Below the pieces are notes generated by a model. The model searched no databases. It was not told the DNA's origin and saw only the letters and a program-made list of their open reading frames with translations. A stretch of DNA of 58,144 nt from Candidatus Dormiibacterota bacterium (GTDB lineage: Bacteria > Chloroflexota > Dormibacteria > Aeolococcales > Aeolococcaceae). The stretch is taken from NCBI GenBank assembly GCA_036270565.1, contig DATBCJ010000064.1, positions 1 through 58,144 on the forward strand. The letters run 5' to 3'. The translations under genes and the position numbers were made by a program. Of the stretch, positions 1 to 8,063 are shown one piece after another (position 1 is the first letter of the stretch; each line of letters opens with the position of its first letter).

Positions 1-747
1 GTCGAGGTGGCGGACGATGGCCCCGCGCAGCGCCCCGATGGTGACATCGGGATGGGCGTGCGCCCCCGGCATCGGCTCGGGGATGAGCTCGTCGACGAGC
101 CCGATCTCATGGGCGGTGTCGACGCCCGGGCGCAGTGCCGCGGCGGCGCGGGCGCGCTGACCCGCGTCGCGGTAGAGGATGGCCGCGCACGTCTCCGGCG
201 GGGCCACCGTGTACACCGCGTTCTCCAGCGCCAGCACCCGGTCGGCGACGGCGAGCGCCAGCGCACCGCCTGAACCGCCCTCACTGAGGACCACGCTGAC
301 CACGGGCACGCGCAGCTCGAGCATGGTGATCAGCGAGTCCGCGATCGCCCACGCCTGGCCGCGTTCCTCGGCGGCGACCCCGGCGTGTGCCGCCGGTGTG
401 TCGACCAAGCAGACCACGGGTAAGCCGAACTTCTCGGACGTGCGCATCAGGCGCTGCGCCTTGCGGTAGCCCTCGGGGTGGGGCATGCCGAAGTTGTGGA
501 CGGCCCGGCTGATGGCGTCGGTGCCCTTCTCCTGGCCGATGACCATCACCCAGCGCTCGTCGAGCCGGGCGGGTCCGCCGACCACGGCGCGGTCATCGCC
601 GAACAGACGGTCGCCGCGCATCTCGGTCCACTCGCTGAAAGCGCCCGTGATGACCTGCAGCGCGCGGGGGCGGGCCGGGTTGCGGGCCAGCTCCACCGCT
701 GCGAAGGCGACGCGCTCGCGCTCGGCGGTTTCCGTGGGGAGCGTCAT
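1..747 (-). CDS. accA: Acetyl-CoA carboxylase carboxyltransferase alpha subunit (C-terminally truncated by window edge)
   Basis: Reverse-strand reading frame from ATG at 747 runs off the window start, so it is absent from the ORF track. My translation is MTLPTETAERERVAFAAVELARNPARP...FGMPHPEGYRKAQRLMRTSEKFGLPVVCLVDTPAAHAGVAAEERGQAWAIA, a typical AccA core. ATGA overlap with the accD stop (744-746). Confidence 0.85.
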   Translation of the reverse strand, partial: MTLPTETAERERVAFAAVELARNPARPRALQVITGAFSEWTEMRGDRLFGDDRAVVGGPARLDERWVMVIGQEKGTDAISRAVHNFGMPHPEGYRKAQRLMRTSEKFGLPVVCLVDTPAAHAGVAAEERGQAWAIADSLITMLELRVPVVSVVLSEGGSGGALALAVADRVLALENAVYTVAPPETCAAILYRDAGQRARAAAALRPGVDTAHEIGLVDELIPEPMPGAHAHPDVTIGALRGAIVRHLD

Positions 748-1592
748 CGTCGTCCTGAGAACGCCACCAGCAGGCGCGCCACGGTGTCGCGGAGCGCGGA
801 GCGCGGCACCACGGCGTCAACCATGCCGTGGGCGAGGAGAAACTCGGACGTCTGGAATCCCTCGGGCAGGCGGTCGTAGGTCGCCTGCTCGATCACCCGC
901 CCGCCGGCGAAGCCGATGCGTGCGTGGGGCTCAGCGAGGATCACGTCCGCCTGGACCGCGAACGACGCGGTGACCCCGCCGAAGCACGGATCGGCGAGGA
1001 CCGAGATATAGGGAAGCCCGGCGCGGGCCACCCCGACCACGCCGGCCGAGCAGCGTGCCATCTGGGCGAGCGACACGATGCCCTCCTGCATGCGCGCGCC
1101 ACCCGAGGTGCACACCGCGACGAGGCTGCGCTTCTCCGCGACCGCGAGGTCGCAGGCGCGAGCGAACTGCTCGCCGGCGGCGCTGCCCAGCGACCCCCCG
1201 AGGAACCCGAAGTCCATGCAGGCGAGCACCACCGGCATCGTGGCCACATCGGCACGCGCCACCACGAATGTCTCGTCGATCCGGGTCCGCTCGCGGGCCT
1301 CGGCCACCCGCGACGGGTACGGCACGCCGTCGTTGAAGCCGAGCGGATCGCGGTCGGAGATCTCCATGTGGACAACGTCGATGCTGCCCGCATCGCCGAG
1401 ATGGGCGACGCGGGTCATCGCCGGGACGACGGCGTGGCGGCCGCAGTCGGGGCAGACCCGGAGGTGCTTTTCGAACCGGGCCTCGCCGAAGCGACGGCCG
1501 CACCCGCGACACTCAACGGTGCCGGCGGGGGCGACCGGGCGGAGCTTGGGGCCGGGGGCGGCGAGCGGACGGGCTGCGTTGGGGCGCCGCAT
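744..1592 (-). CDS. accD: Acetyl-CoA carboxylase carboxyltransferase beta subunit
   Basis: N-terminal zinc ribbon CRGCG...CPDCG followed by a carboxyltransferase beta core (FGFLGGSLGSAAGEQF, CTSGGARMQEG). Start placed at ATG 1592 (MRRPNAARP), giving an ATGA overlap with the fabH stop. The ORF-track start at 1883 would overlap fabH by about 290 nt. Confidence 0.9.
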   Translation of the reverse strand: MRRPNAARPLAAPGPKLRPVAPAGTVECRGCGRRFGEARFEKHLRVCPDCGRHAVVPAMTRVAHLGDAGSIDVVHMEISDRDPLGFNDGVPYPSRVAEARERTRIDETFVVARADVATMPVVLACMDFGFLGGSLGSAAGEQFARACDLAVAEKRSLVAVCTSGGARMQEGIVSLAQMARCSAGVVGVARAGLPYISVLADPCFGGVTASFAVQADVILAEPHARIGFAGGRVIEQATYDRLPEGFQTSEFLLAHGMVDAVVPRSALRDTVARLLVAFSGRR

Positions 1593-2617
1593 CACCTGGT
1601 TGGGGTGCCGGTCCATTCGAGGGCCATGCCGCCCCAGGTGACGCCGCTGCCGAAGGCGACGCTGACGATCCGCTGGCCCGGCTTGAGCCGGCCCGCCGCC
1701 GCCGCCTCGTGGAGCGCGATGGGGATGGACGCGGCGCTGGTGTTGCCGACTCGTTCGACGTTGACGATCACGCGGTCCATGGAAACACCGAGACGCTTGG
1801 CGGCGGCCTCGATGATGCGAAGGTTGGCCTGGTGAGGGATGAACCAGTCCACGTCGTCGCCGCTCCAACCGGCGTCGGCGCACACCTTCAGAGCCATGTC
1901 GGCGAGCCGTTCCACCGCCGAGCGGAACGTGCCCCGGCCGGCCATCCGGATCGCCTCCGTTCCGCCCTCGTCCCCGGGCGGGGTGCCGAAGTAGATGAGG
2001 TGGGCGTCCGCCCCGTCTGCCGCCATGCGGATGGCGCGGATCCCACCGCTCTCCCCGGCTCCGACGACCGCGGCGGCGGCCCCGTCACCGAAGAGCACGC
2101 AGGTGCTCCGGTCGGTGTAATCGACCATCGTGGTCAGCGCCTCCGACGCCACCACCAGCACCGTCCGGACGGCCCGAGCCCTGATCATCGAATCCGCGAT
2201 CGATAGCGCATAGATGAATCCCGAACAGGCGGCGTTGATGTCGAAGGCGGCCATGCCGGCGAGGCCGAGCCGCCTCTGGATCAGGCAGGCGGTCGACGGC
2301 AGCCTGGTCTCCGCGGAGCAGGTGGCCACGATGATCGCGTCCGGGACTGGGTTGCCGGCCGCCTCCAGCGCGTCGGCGGCGGCGTGGGCACCCATGAGTG
2401 AGGGGGTCTCGCCCGGGGCCACGCGGTGGCGCTCGCGGATCCCGGTTCGTTCGATGATCCAGGTGTCTGACGTCTCGACCATCGCCTCCATGTCGGCGTT
2501 GGTCAGCACACCCGCGGGTATGTACGAGCCGAGCGAGAGGATCTGGGCAGCCGGCGCAGCCGGTCCGCCCGTGGCCGCCGCTTCGATGGTGGCTTGGGAC
2601 AGTGGGGCGGTGGGCAT
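1592..2617 (-). CDS. fabH: 3-oxoacyl-ACP synthase III (KAS III)
   Basis: 341 aa. Motifs DINAACSGFIYAL (active-site Cys), FIPHQANLRI and GNTSAASIPIAL match the FabH catalytic triad contexts. First gene of a fabH-accD-accA string with overlapping stop/start codons. Confidence 0.92.
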   Translation of the reverse strand: MPTAPLSQATIEAAATGGPAAPAAQILSLGSYIPAGVLTNADMEAMVETSDTWIIERTGIRERHRVAPGETPSLMGAHAAADALEAAGNPVPDAIIVATCSAETRLPSTACLIQRRLGLAGMAAFDINAACSGFIYALSIADSMIRARAVRTVLVVASEALTTMVDYTDRSTCVLFGDGAAAAVVGAGESGGIRAIRMAADGADAHLIYFGTPPGDEGGTEAIRMAGRGTFRSAVERLADMALKVCADAGWSGDDVDWFIPHQANLRIIEAAAKRLGVSMDRVIVNVERVGNTSAASIPIALHEAAAAGRLKPGQRIVSVAFGSGVTWGGMALEWTGTPTR

Positions 2618-2708
2618 CGTGCGTGTACAAGCCTACGCGTCGCCGGGCGTTACGGGGACGAGGGCCCTCCCCGCAGCTTCCGTGGGCGACGTTGTATCTT
2701 TTTGAGCG

Positions 2709-3134
2709 ATGCACTTCGTGGCCAGCACCGGCAGCGCCTTCGCGATCAACGGCTTCGCCGGGTTGACGGGCGCGCAGATCCTCAGCTTCTGGTTCAGCTT
2801 CATCCTCTTCAACGGCTACGTGGTGCTCGAGGTGGTGGCGTTGGCCACGTTCTACTTCGCCGCGCGGCCCCGATCGGGGCGGCCCAACCCGGCCGCGATC
2901 TGGTACTTCATCGCCTCGCTGCTGGTGGTGATCTCCTTCATCTCGACCGTGTGGGGCGCCCCAGCCGAGAAGACATTCCTCGACGACAGCGGCACCTACC
3001 TGGCGGTGGGCGCTCGGACGGTCAAGGTATTCATCGGCATCGGCTTCGCGGGCGTCGCCGTGATGTGCATGCTCGTCGGGGCGATCGACACCTCCCGGCG
3101 CAAGAAGGCGGCGCAACAGGCGGTCGTGATCTGA
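2709..3134 (+). CDS. Hypothetical integral membrane protein (about 4 TM segments)
   Basis: 141-aa ORF with four hydrophobic stretches and a basic tail (RRKKAAQQ). Divergent from fabH. No family recognised. Confidence 0.55.
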   Translation: MHFVASTGSAFAINGFAGLTGAQILSFWFSFILFNGYVVLEVVALATFYFAARPRSGRPNPAAIWYFIASLLVVISFISTVWGAPAEKTFLDDSGTYLAVGARTVKVFIGIGFAGVAVMCMLVGAIDTSRRKKAAQQAVVI

Positions 3135-3137
3135 GCG

Positions 3138-3638
3138 TCAGCGCACCGCGAAGCTGAGCATCGCAGTCGGGTTGAGCAGCGCGAAGGGCCGCTGCACTGT
3201 GTGGGTCTCCGAGTCCATGGCGGTGATCCACAGCGCTGAGACATTGGTGATGGCGATGAAGTCGCCCGGGAACCGTTCGAGGTGGTCCTGGAGGCTGTGC
3301 CGCGGCTCGAGGTGCACGTCCCCGATCAGGGAGAACGCCTGGGTGTTGATGGCCGCGGGGGTGGCGACCTTCTCCCGCCAGAGCGTCGGGTTGCCGTCAC
3401 CCGCGTCGTCGAGGGGACATACCAGGGCTGCGGCCGGCTTGCTCACGGTCACCAGGCGCTCGCCGCGGCCGAGGATGGGGTAGCTCCCCGACATCGGCTC
3501 GGCTCGGGCGTTGCGCAGCAGGAGAAAGTCGCCGAAGCGATTGACGGCGTCGCTGACCCTGTCGGGGCGGACGGTCTCCAGCTCGCCGGTGACCTTGATG
3601 AAGGTGGAGTAGACCTCGAGGGTCCGCCAGTCGCTCAT
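3138..3638 (-). CDS. Hypothetical soluble protein
   Basis: 166-aa ORF with a normal, not Arg/Pro-biased composition (MSDWRTLEVYSTFIKVTGELETV...). Convergent with the 2709-3134 gene. No family recognised. Confidence 0.5.
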   Translation of the reverse strand: MSDWRTLEVYSTFIKVTGELETVRPDRVSDAVNRFGDFLLLRNARAEPMSGSYPILGRGERLVTVSKPAAALVCPLDDAGDGNPTLWREKVATPAAINTQAFSLIGDVHLEPRHSLQDHLERFPGDFIAITNVSALWITAMDSETHTVQRPFALLNPTAMLSFAVR

Positions 3639-3768
3639 CGCGGCGCTGACGGTAGCAGGGTGGTGACCGCCTGCCCCGCGATGTCCAGGGCATGCCGGCG
3701 CGACCGTCGCTTATCCTGTGCGCCGTCCCGCCGAGGGTTGACTGTGTTGGCGGCTGTGTTGGGAAGAA

Positions 3769-3906
3769 ATGGTCGAACGCTTCATCCTCGCCCTCCGTTC
3801 GGACTTCGGATGCCTGGTCATCATCGTCGCCTTCGTGGTGATCATGATCTCGACCATCGTCTTCGCCAACATCATCACGCCACCGTCCAACAACCCATTC
3901 GTGTGA
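3769..3906 (+). CDS. Small single-TM membrane protein (45 aa), possibly accessory to the bc-type complex
   Basis: Below the ORF-track size cutoff. ATG 3769 to TGA 3904-3906 gives MVERFILALRSDFGCLVIIVAFVVIMISTIVFANIITPPSNNPFV. Third codon positions are GC-rich, and it lies directly upstream of the Rieske gene. Confidence 0.4.
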   Translation: MVERFILALRSDFGCLVIIVAFVVIMISTIVFANIITPPSNNPFV

Positions 3907-3973
3907 CGGCAGTGGCCTCGGCGACCATCGCTAGAATGCCGATCGACGCCGTTCTCCCCGTCCTGAGGCTCTC

Positions 3974-4636
3974 ATGGCGCTGAACCCGTACGACACGCCC
4001 CGAGGCAAGCTGCGCACGCGCGTCGAGACCACCCGGCGGCAGTTCCTGCTGCTGGTCGGCACGGTCGGGGCGGTCGGCGCGACCCTCTTCGGCGGCATCG
4101 AGCTGTTGAAGTTCATGTTCCCCGCGGCCACCCTGGAATCCCCCCCGGAGTTCAAGACGGGCTTCACGGTCAGTGACCTCACCGGCAACGGCACCCTCAA
4201 GGTCAACGTGCTCAGCGAGACAGCCAATCGGGTCACCATCGTGCTGGACTCGACGGGCATCTACGCTGTCTACCTGGTCTGCACCCACCTCGGGTGCACC
4301 CCCAACTATGTCAGCGACGTGACCAGCGGCACCGGGGTGGACGACAAATCGACCACCGTCGCCCAGCACTACACCGCCGAGGGTGCCGCCATCTCGACGC
4401 GCAACGGCTGGGCGTGTCCGTGCCACGGCAGCCGCTACTACATCGACTCGACAAACTTCTACGGACCGGCGCCGCGGCCGATGGACTGGGTGGACATCCA
4501 GATCGCGCCGGACAATCACTTCGTGGTCAACCGGGGCGCGATCACCGTGTACCGTCAGGCCGGTGACACCAGCGTGCCCAAGTGGCGGCTGGACCCGACG
4601 ACCGGCAAGAGCAACGGCCAGACGGTCGGTGTGTAG
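3974..4636 (+). CDS. Rieske [2Fe-2S] subunit of a cytochrome bc/b6-type complex
   Basis: Twin-arginine signal TRRQFLLLVGTVGAVGA. Cluster-binding boxes CTHLGC and CPCHGS. First gene of the Rieske, cyt b6, subunit IV, cyt c string. Confidence 0.9.
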   Translation: MALNPYDTPRGKLRTRVETTRRQFLLLVGTVGAVGATLFGGIELLKFMFPAATLESPPEFKTGFTVSDLTGNGTLKVNVLSETANRVTIVLDSTGIYAVYLVCTHLGCTPNYVSDVTSGTGVDDKSTTVAQHYTAEGAAISTRNGWACPCHGSRYYIDSTNFYGPAPRPMDWVDIQIAPDNHFVVNRGAITVYRQAGDTSVPKWRLDPTTGKSNGQTVGV

Positions 4637-4675
4637 CAAAGAGATGGGAGACAGACGGCCGATGGGGGAGGTCCG

Positions 4676-5407
4676 ATGAGCGCCCGTCCGACCGAGGGAA
4701 ACCCGCTGCGCACGTTCGCGGCGCAGGTGTGGGGCTCGATCTTCCGGCACGGCCTGCCCACCACCGACAAGGTGGCGGCGCGCACCGCGCTGACCAACTT
4801 CTTCCTGCACATCCACCCGGTGCGCGTCAAGAAGTCGGCGATCCGAGTGAGCTACACGCTCTGCCTTGGCGGTCTCTCCTTCTTCCTGTTCATCCTGCTG
4901 ACCATCAGCGGCCTGTTCCTGATGTTCTATTACATCCCCTCGGTGGACCAGGCCTACCAGAACATCAAGGACCTGCAGTTCGTCGCCACCTTTGGCCTGG
5001 TGATCCGCAACCTGCACCGCTGGGCTGCGCACGGGATGGTCATCACCGTCTGGCTGCACATGGCTCGCGTCTTCTACCAGGGTGCGTACAAGCCGCCGCG
5101 TGAGTTCAACTGGGCGATCGGCACCCTCCTCCTGCTCACCACCCTGCTGCTCTCATTCTCCGGCTACCTTCTGCCCTGGGACCAGCTGGCGGTCTGGGCG
5201 ATCACGGTCGGCACCAACATGGCCAAGTACGCGCCGATCGCCGGCCCCTACACCCGCTACCTGCTGCTGGGCGGCCGCAACGTCGGCCAGGGTGCGCTCA
5301 TACGCTTCTATGTCTTACATGTCGTCGCCCTGCCCCTGATCGGGTTCATCCTGATGGTCATACACTTCTGGCGCGTTCGCAAAGACGGGTTCACAGGAGG
5401 CCTCTGA
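4676..5407 (+). CDS. Cytochrome b6-type (split) cytochrome b, N-terminal four-helix part
   Basis: 243 aa. Haem-ligand histidine pairs in [12 protein letters not shown] and [21 protein letters not shown]. The [11 protein letters not shown] motif aligns with the Bacillus QcrB and b6 cysteine that binds haem ci. GGGGGAGG Shine-Dalgarno upstream. Confidence 0.92.
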   Translation: MSARPTEGNPLRTFAAQVWGSIFRHGLPTTDKVAARTALTNFFLHIHPVRVKKSAIRVSYTLCLGGLSFFLFILLTISGLFLMFYYIPSVDQAYQNIKDLQFVATFGLVIRNLHRWAAHGMVITVWLHMARVFYQGAYKPPREFNWAIGTLLLLTTLLLSFSGYLLPWDQLAVWAITVGTNMAKYAPIAGPYTRYLLLGGRNVGQGALIRFYVLHVVALPLIGFILMVIHFWRVRKDGFTGGL

Positions 5408-5410
5408 GCG

Positions 5411-6007
5411 ATGGCGACTGTGGTTGGCGGAACCCCGGGCAGCCCCGGCGGCGGCGACGGGCGGCCGCCGGTACGGGCCCGGGCGGCGGTGCCGCTGCGC
5501 ACCCCACGACCGCGGGGCACCGGGCCGGAGCTCGCCGCCACGCCGCTGGTGGTGCGGCGCCGCGAGGAGGAGGAGACCGTGGTCACCTTCCCGGCCCTGG
5601 TCTGGAAGGAGTTCCTCGCCGGCCTGGCCGCCTTCATCTTCCTGCTCGGCGTGTCCATCCAGGTCAACGCGCCCCTGCTGCAGCGCGCCAACACGGCGAT
5701 CACCCCCAACCCGGCCAAGGCGCCGTGGTACTTCGTCGGCCTCCAGGAGCTGCTCGAGCGCTTCCCGCCGGTGATGGCGGGGGTGGCCTTCCCGAGCTTC
5801 GTGATCATCTTCATGCTGCTCACGCCGTACCTTGATCGCAACCCCAGTCGCCGGCCCCAGGACCGCAAGGTGGCGATCGCGCTCTTCACCATCTATCTCT
5901 GCCTGGCCGTGTCGTTCGTGGTGATCGGCGTCTTCTTCCGGGGCCTGGCGTTCAACTGGGACTGGACGCGCATCCTCGGCCACCCCGGGGTCAAGCCCGC
6001 GGTATGA
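5411..6007 (+). CDS. Cytochrome bc complex subunit IV (cytochrome b C-terminal part, PetD-like)
   Basis: Contains KAPWYFVGLQELL (the PEWY-type Qo motif region) and three TM helices. The N-terminal 56 aa are Arg/Pro/Gly-rich. An alternative start at GTG 5579 sits behind GAGGAGGAGGAG, but GC3 is high from 5411, so the long form is kept. Confidence 0.8.
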   Translation: MATVVGGTPGSPGGGDGRPPVRARAAVPLRTPRPRGTGPELAATPLVVRRREEEETVVTFPALVWKEFLAGLAAFIFLLGVSIQVNAPLLQRANTAITPNPAKAPWYFVGLQELLERFPPVMAGVAFPSFVIIFMLLTPYLDRNPSRRPQDRKVAIALFTIYLCLAVSFVVIGVFFRGLAFNWDWTRILGHPGVKPAV

Positions 6008-7032
6008 GGTGGCTGTTCGTCGCCCTGTCCGCGCTGCTGATCGCGCTGGTGGGCGTCGCGGCGGTGCGTGACAGCGTGGACCGCGACTACCTCTCGATCC
6101 AGCAGCGCTACCAGTCCGACTACAGCGACTACGGCTTCAACATCCAGATCCAACAGATCTTCCCCACGTTCACCGACGCCAAGCGCGGCGACACGTTCCG
6201 GGTGGAGCGATGCATCTCCTGCCACGTGCCCGACATCGGCACCATCGGCCCGGAGCTGGCGGCGCAGCGCCTCGCCCAGGACTTCATGAAGTACGAGCCC
6301 AACGCCCAGGCGATCATCAACCAGAACCACCTCACCGGGATCCACCCCGCGTACATCGCCAACGGTCCCAGCGTGGCCAGCTCAACGGGCAAGGGATTCG
6401 CCCCCGCCATGGACTTCTCGATCTACGGGATCAGCGGCACGGGCTTCCAGCCGTTCAAGGTCACGGGGACCGCCACCAACGCCAAGCAGGGCTTCCAGGT
6501 CGACCCCACCACGGTCCTGCCGGGCCCGCTGCCGGCGTCGGTCGACCCCAAGATCGTCAACGCCGGCGCCCCCGCGTCGGCCCAGAAGATCGGCATCGAC
6601 CAGGTCGGCTGCATCATCTGCCACAACGGTGGCCGGTTGGCGCTCGACCTCAGCTCGACAGGGGCGCACCAGAACCTGATCATCAACCCGGAGTACGACT
6701 TCACCGCCGGTGCCCAGCTCTACTACACGTACTGCGTCAGCTGCCACGGCGTCCAGGGTGAGGGTGGCAAGGGGCCGCCGCTGAGCAACCAGGACCGGCT
6801 CGGCTACTTCAACGAGGACTACTACTACCGGTGCATCGAGTACGGCTTCACCGATTTCGAGCACCTCGGCAGCATCATGCCCGACTGGAGTGGCAACGTC
6901 GCCAGCGACTTCACGTACAACCCCACCCGTGACAAGCAGAAGCCCACCGGCAGCCGCACCCTCAGTGAGGACCAGATCCAGGTTCTCATCCAGTTCATCC
7001 GCCACTGGGAGAACTACAACACCCTGCCGTAG
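6004..7032 (+). CDS. Membrane-anchored tri-haem c-type cytochrome
   Basis: N-terminal TM helix, then three CxxCH motifs (CISCH, CIICH, CVSCH). The last lies in a class-I cytochrome c-like domain (CVSCHGVQGEGGKGPPL...IMP). ATGA overlap with the subunit IV stop. Confidence 0.85.
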   Translation: MRWLFVALSALLIALVGVAAVRDSVDRDYLSIQQRYQSDYSDYGFNIQIQQIFPTFTDAKRGDTFRVERCISCHVPDIGTIGPELAAQRLAQDFMKYEPNAQAIINQNHLTGIHPAYIANGPSVASSTGKGFAPAMDFSIYGISGTGFQPFKVTGTATNAKQGFQVDPTTVLPGPLPASVDPKIVNAGAPASAQKIGIDQVGCIICHNGGRLALDLSSTGAHQNLIINPEYDFTAGAQLYYTYCVSCHGVQGEGGKGPPLSNQDRLGYFNEDYYYRCIEYGFTDFEHLGSIMPDWSGNVASDFTYNPTRDKQKPTGSRTLSEDQIQVLIQFIRHWENYNTLP

Positions 7033-7046
7033 GGGGTTCATACGCC

Positions 7047-7169
7047 ATGAAACGACGCACCTTCGCACGCGACCTGCTCGGCACGGTGATCATGTTCCTG
7101 GTGCTGATCGCGGTCTGCGTGGTCATCGTCCTGCTCGAGAACTACCTCGAGAACTTCAAGTCGCACTGA
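7047..7169 (+). CDS. Small single-TM membrane protein (40 aa)
   Basis: ATG 7047 to TGA 7167-7169 gives MKRRTFARDLLGTVIMFLVLIAVCVVIVLLENYLENFKSH. AGGGGG lies 10 nt upstream. Below the ORF-track cutoff. Confidence 0.4.
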   Translation: MKRRTFARDLLGTVIMFLVLIAVCVVIVLLENYLENFKSH

Positions 7170-7170
7170 G

Positions 7171-7314
7171 ATGATCGCCACCTTCCACGCCATGCTCGCC
7201 GACCTCGACCCCGGGGACGCGGGCTGGGGCGACGTCATCTTCGTGGGCATCTGGGCGCTGGCATCGCTGGTCCTCGCCGCCTACTACTGCTACCGGTCGT
7301 TCTTCACACGCTGA
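7171..7314 (+). CDS. Small single-TM membrane protein (47 aa)
   Basis: ATG 7171 follows the previous stop after a single nucleotide (7170). Translation is MIATFHAMLADLDPGDAGWGDVIFVGIWALASLVLAAYYCYRSFFTR. Below the ORF-track cutoff. Confidence 0.4.
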   Translation: MIATFHAMLADLDPGDAGWGDVIFVGIWALASLVLAAYYCYRSFFTR

Positions 7315-7318
7315 CGAG

Positions 7319-7699
7319 GTGGGGGTGAGCGCAGTGGCCGCTGTGCGCCGCCGTGACTGGCGGATCGCGGCCGCTCTCTCGATCGTCCCGGGCGCCGGCC
7401 AGGTCTACAACGGACAGCCCCGCAAGGCCGTCTTCTACGGGCTGGCCACCCTGCTGACCATCGGGCCGGCGGTGCTGCTGATCACGTTCGGTGAGCGCAT
7501 CGGGTCGAGCCTGCTCCAGCATCAGTCGTTCGCGACGTTTCTGCTGCTGGCGCTGGGTTCGGTGCTGCTCTTCCTGCTCGTCTTCGTCCTCGGCCTCTAC
7601 TTCTGGGCCAGCGCGGTCGTCGACGCCCGCTACAGTGCGCGCGAGCTCAGTGCGGGCGTGCCCGGGGCCGACAACCGCTGGTGGTTCTTCCACCTGTGA
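7319..7699 (+). CDS. Hypothetical membrane protein with PGAGQVYNG motif
   Basis: 126 aa with three hydrophobic helices. The IVPGAGQVYNGQPRKA motif resembles the PGxGQxYN motif of widespread uncharacterised small membrane proteins. Confidence 0.55.
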   Translation: MGVSAVAAVRRRDWRIAAALSIVPGAGQVYNGQPRKAVFYGLATLLTIGPAVLLITFGERIGSSLLQHQSFATFLLLALGSVLLFLLVFVLGLYFWASAVVDARYSARELSAGVPGADNRWWFFHL

Positions 7700-7711
7700 G
7701 GGGGTGACCAC

Positions 7712-7900
7712 GTGGGATTGATCGAGCGTCTGCGAGCCATGCGTCCGCGGACCAGAGGCCCGAACCGGGCTGCTCTTCCCGACCCCGCCCAGCCGCCCAC
7801 CAACCGAGGCGACTGGGACCAGGCCGCGCTCACCAACGTTGAGATCACCGAGCTGGTCAAACGGCAGATCCGCACCAACACACTGCCGTGGCAGAAATGA
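7712..7900 (+). CDS. Hypothetical small protein (62 aa)
   Basis: GTG-start ORF between the membrane protein and coxB. No recognisable domain and only moderately protein-like. Confidence 0.3.
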   Translation: MGLIERLRAMRPRTRGPNRAALPDPAQPPTNRGDWDQAALTNVEITELVKRQIRTNTLPWQK

Positions 7901-8063
7901 CCGTCGCCGCGGTTTGCCGCCTGCGCGATGCCTATGCGATCATCCCTCCGCGCGTTGTTGTCGCCAACCGATGGGAAGCGGAGAGCTGGTCCCGGTGAAC
8001 CCACTCGCCACCTGCTGCGTCGACTCGTCGTCGTACCACCCGGGTGGTCCGGTGGCCGACAGC

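Noticed and set aside
3875-5059. 394-aa minus-strand ORF overlapping the Rieske and cytochrome b6 genes
   Set aside because: It is antisense to two genes with unmistakable motifs. Its composition is Arg/Gly/Asp/His-rich with no domains, which is the typical shadow ORF of very GC-rich DNA.
5411-5578. Arg/Pro/Gly-rich first 56 codons of subunit IV as non-coding spacer (true start at GTG 5579 behind GAGGAGGAGGAG)
   Set aside because: Not rejected outright, but third-codon positions are strongly G/C from 5411 and the ATG follows the cyt b6 stop by 3 nt. The long form is therefore annotated and the short form noted.
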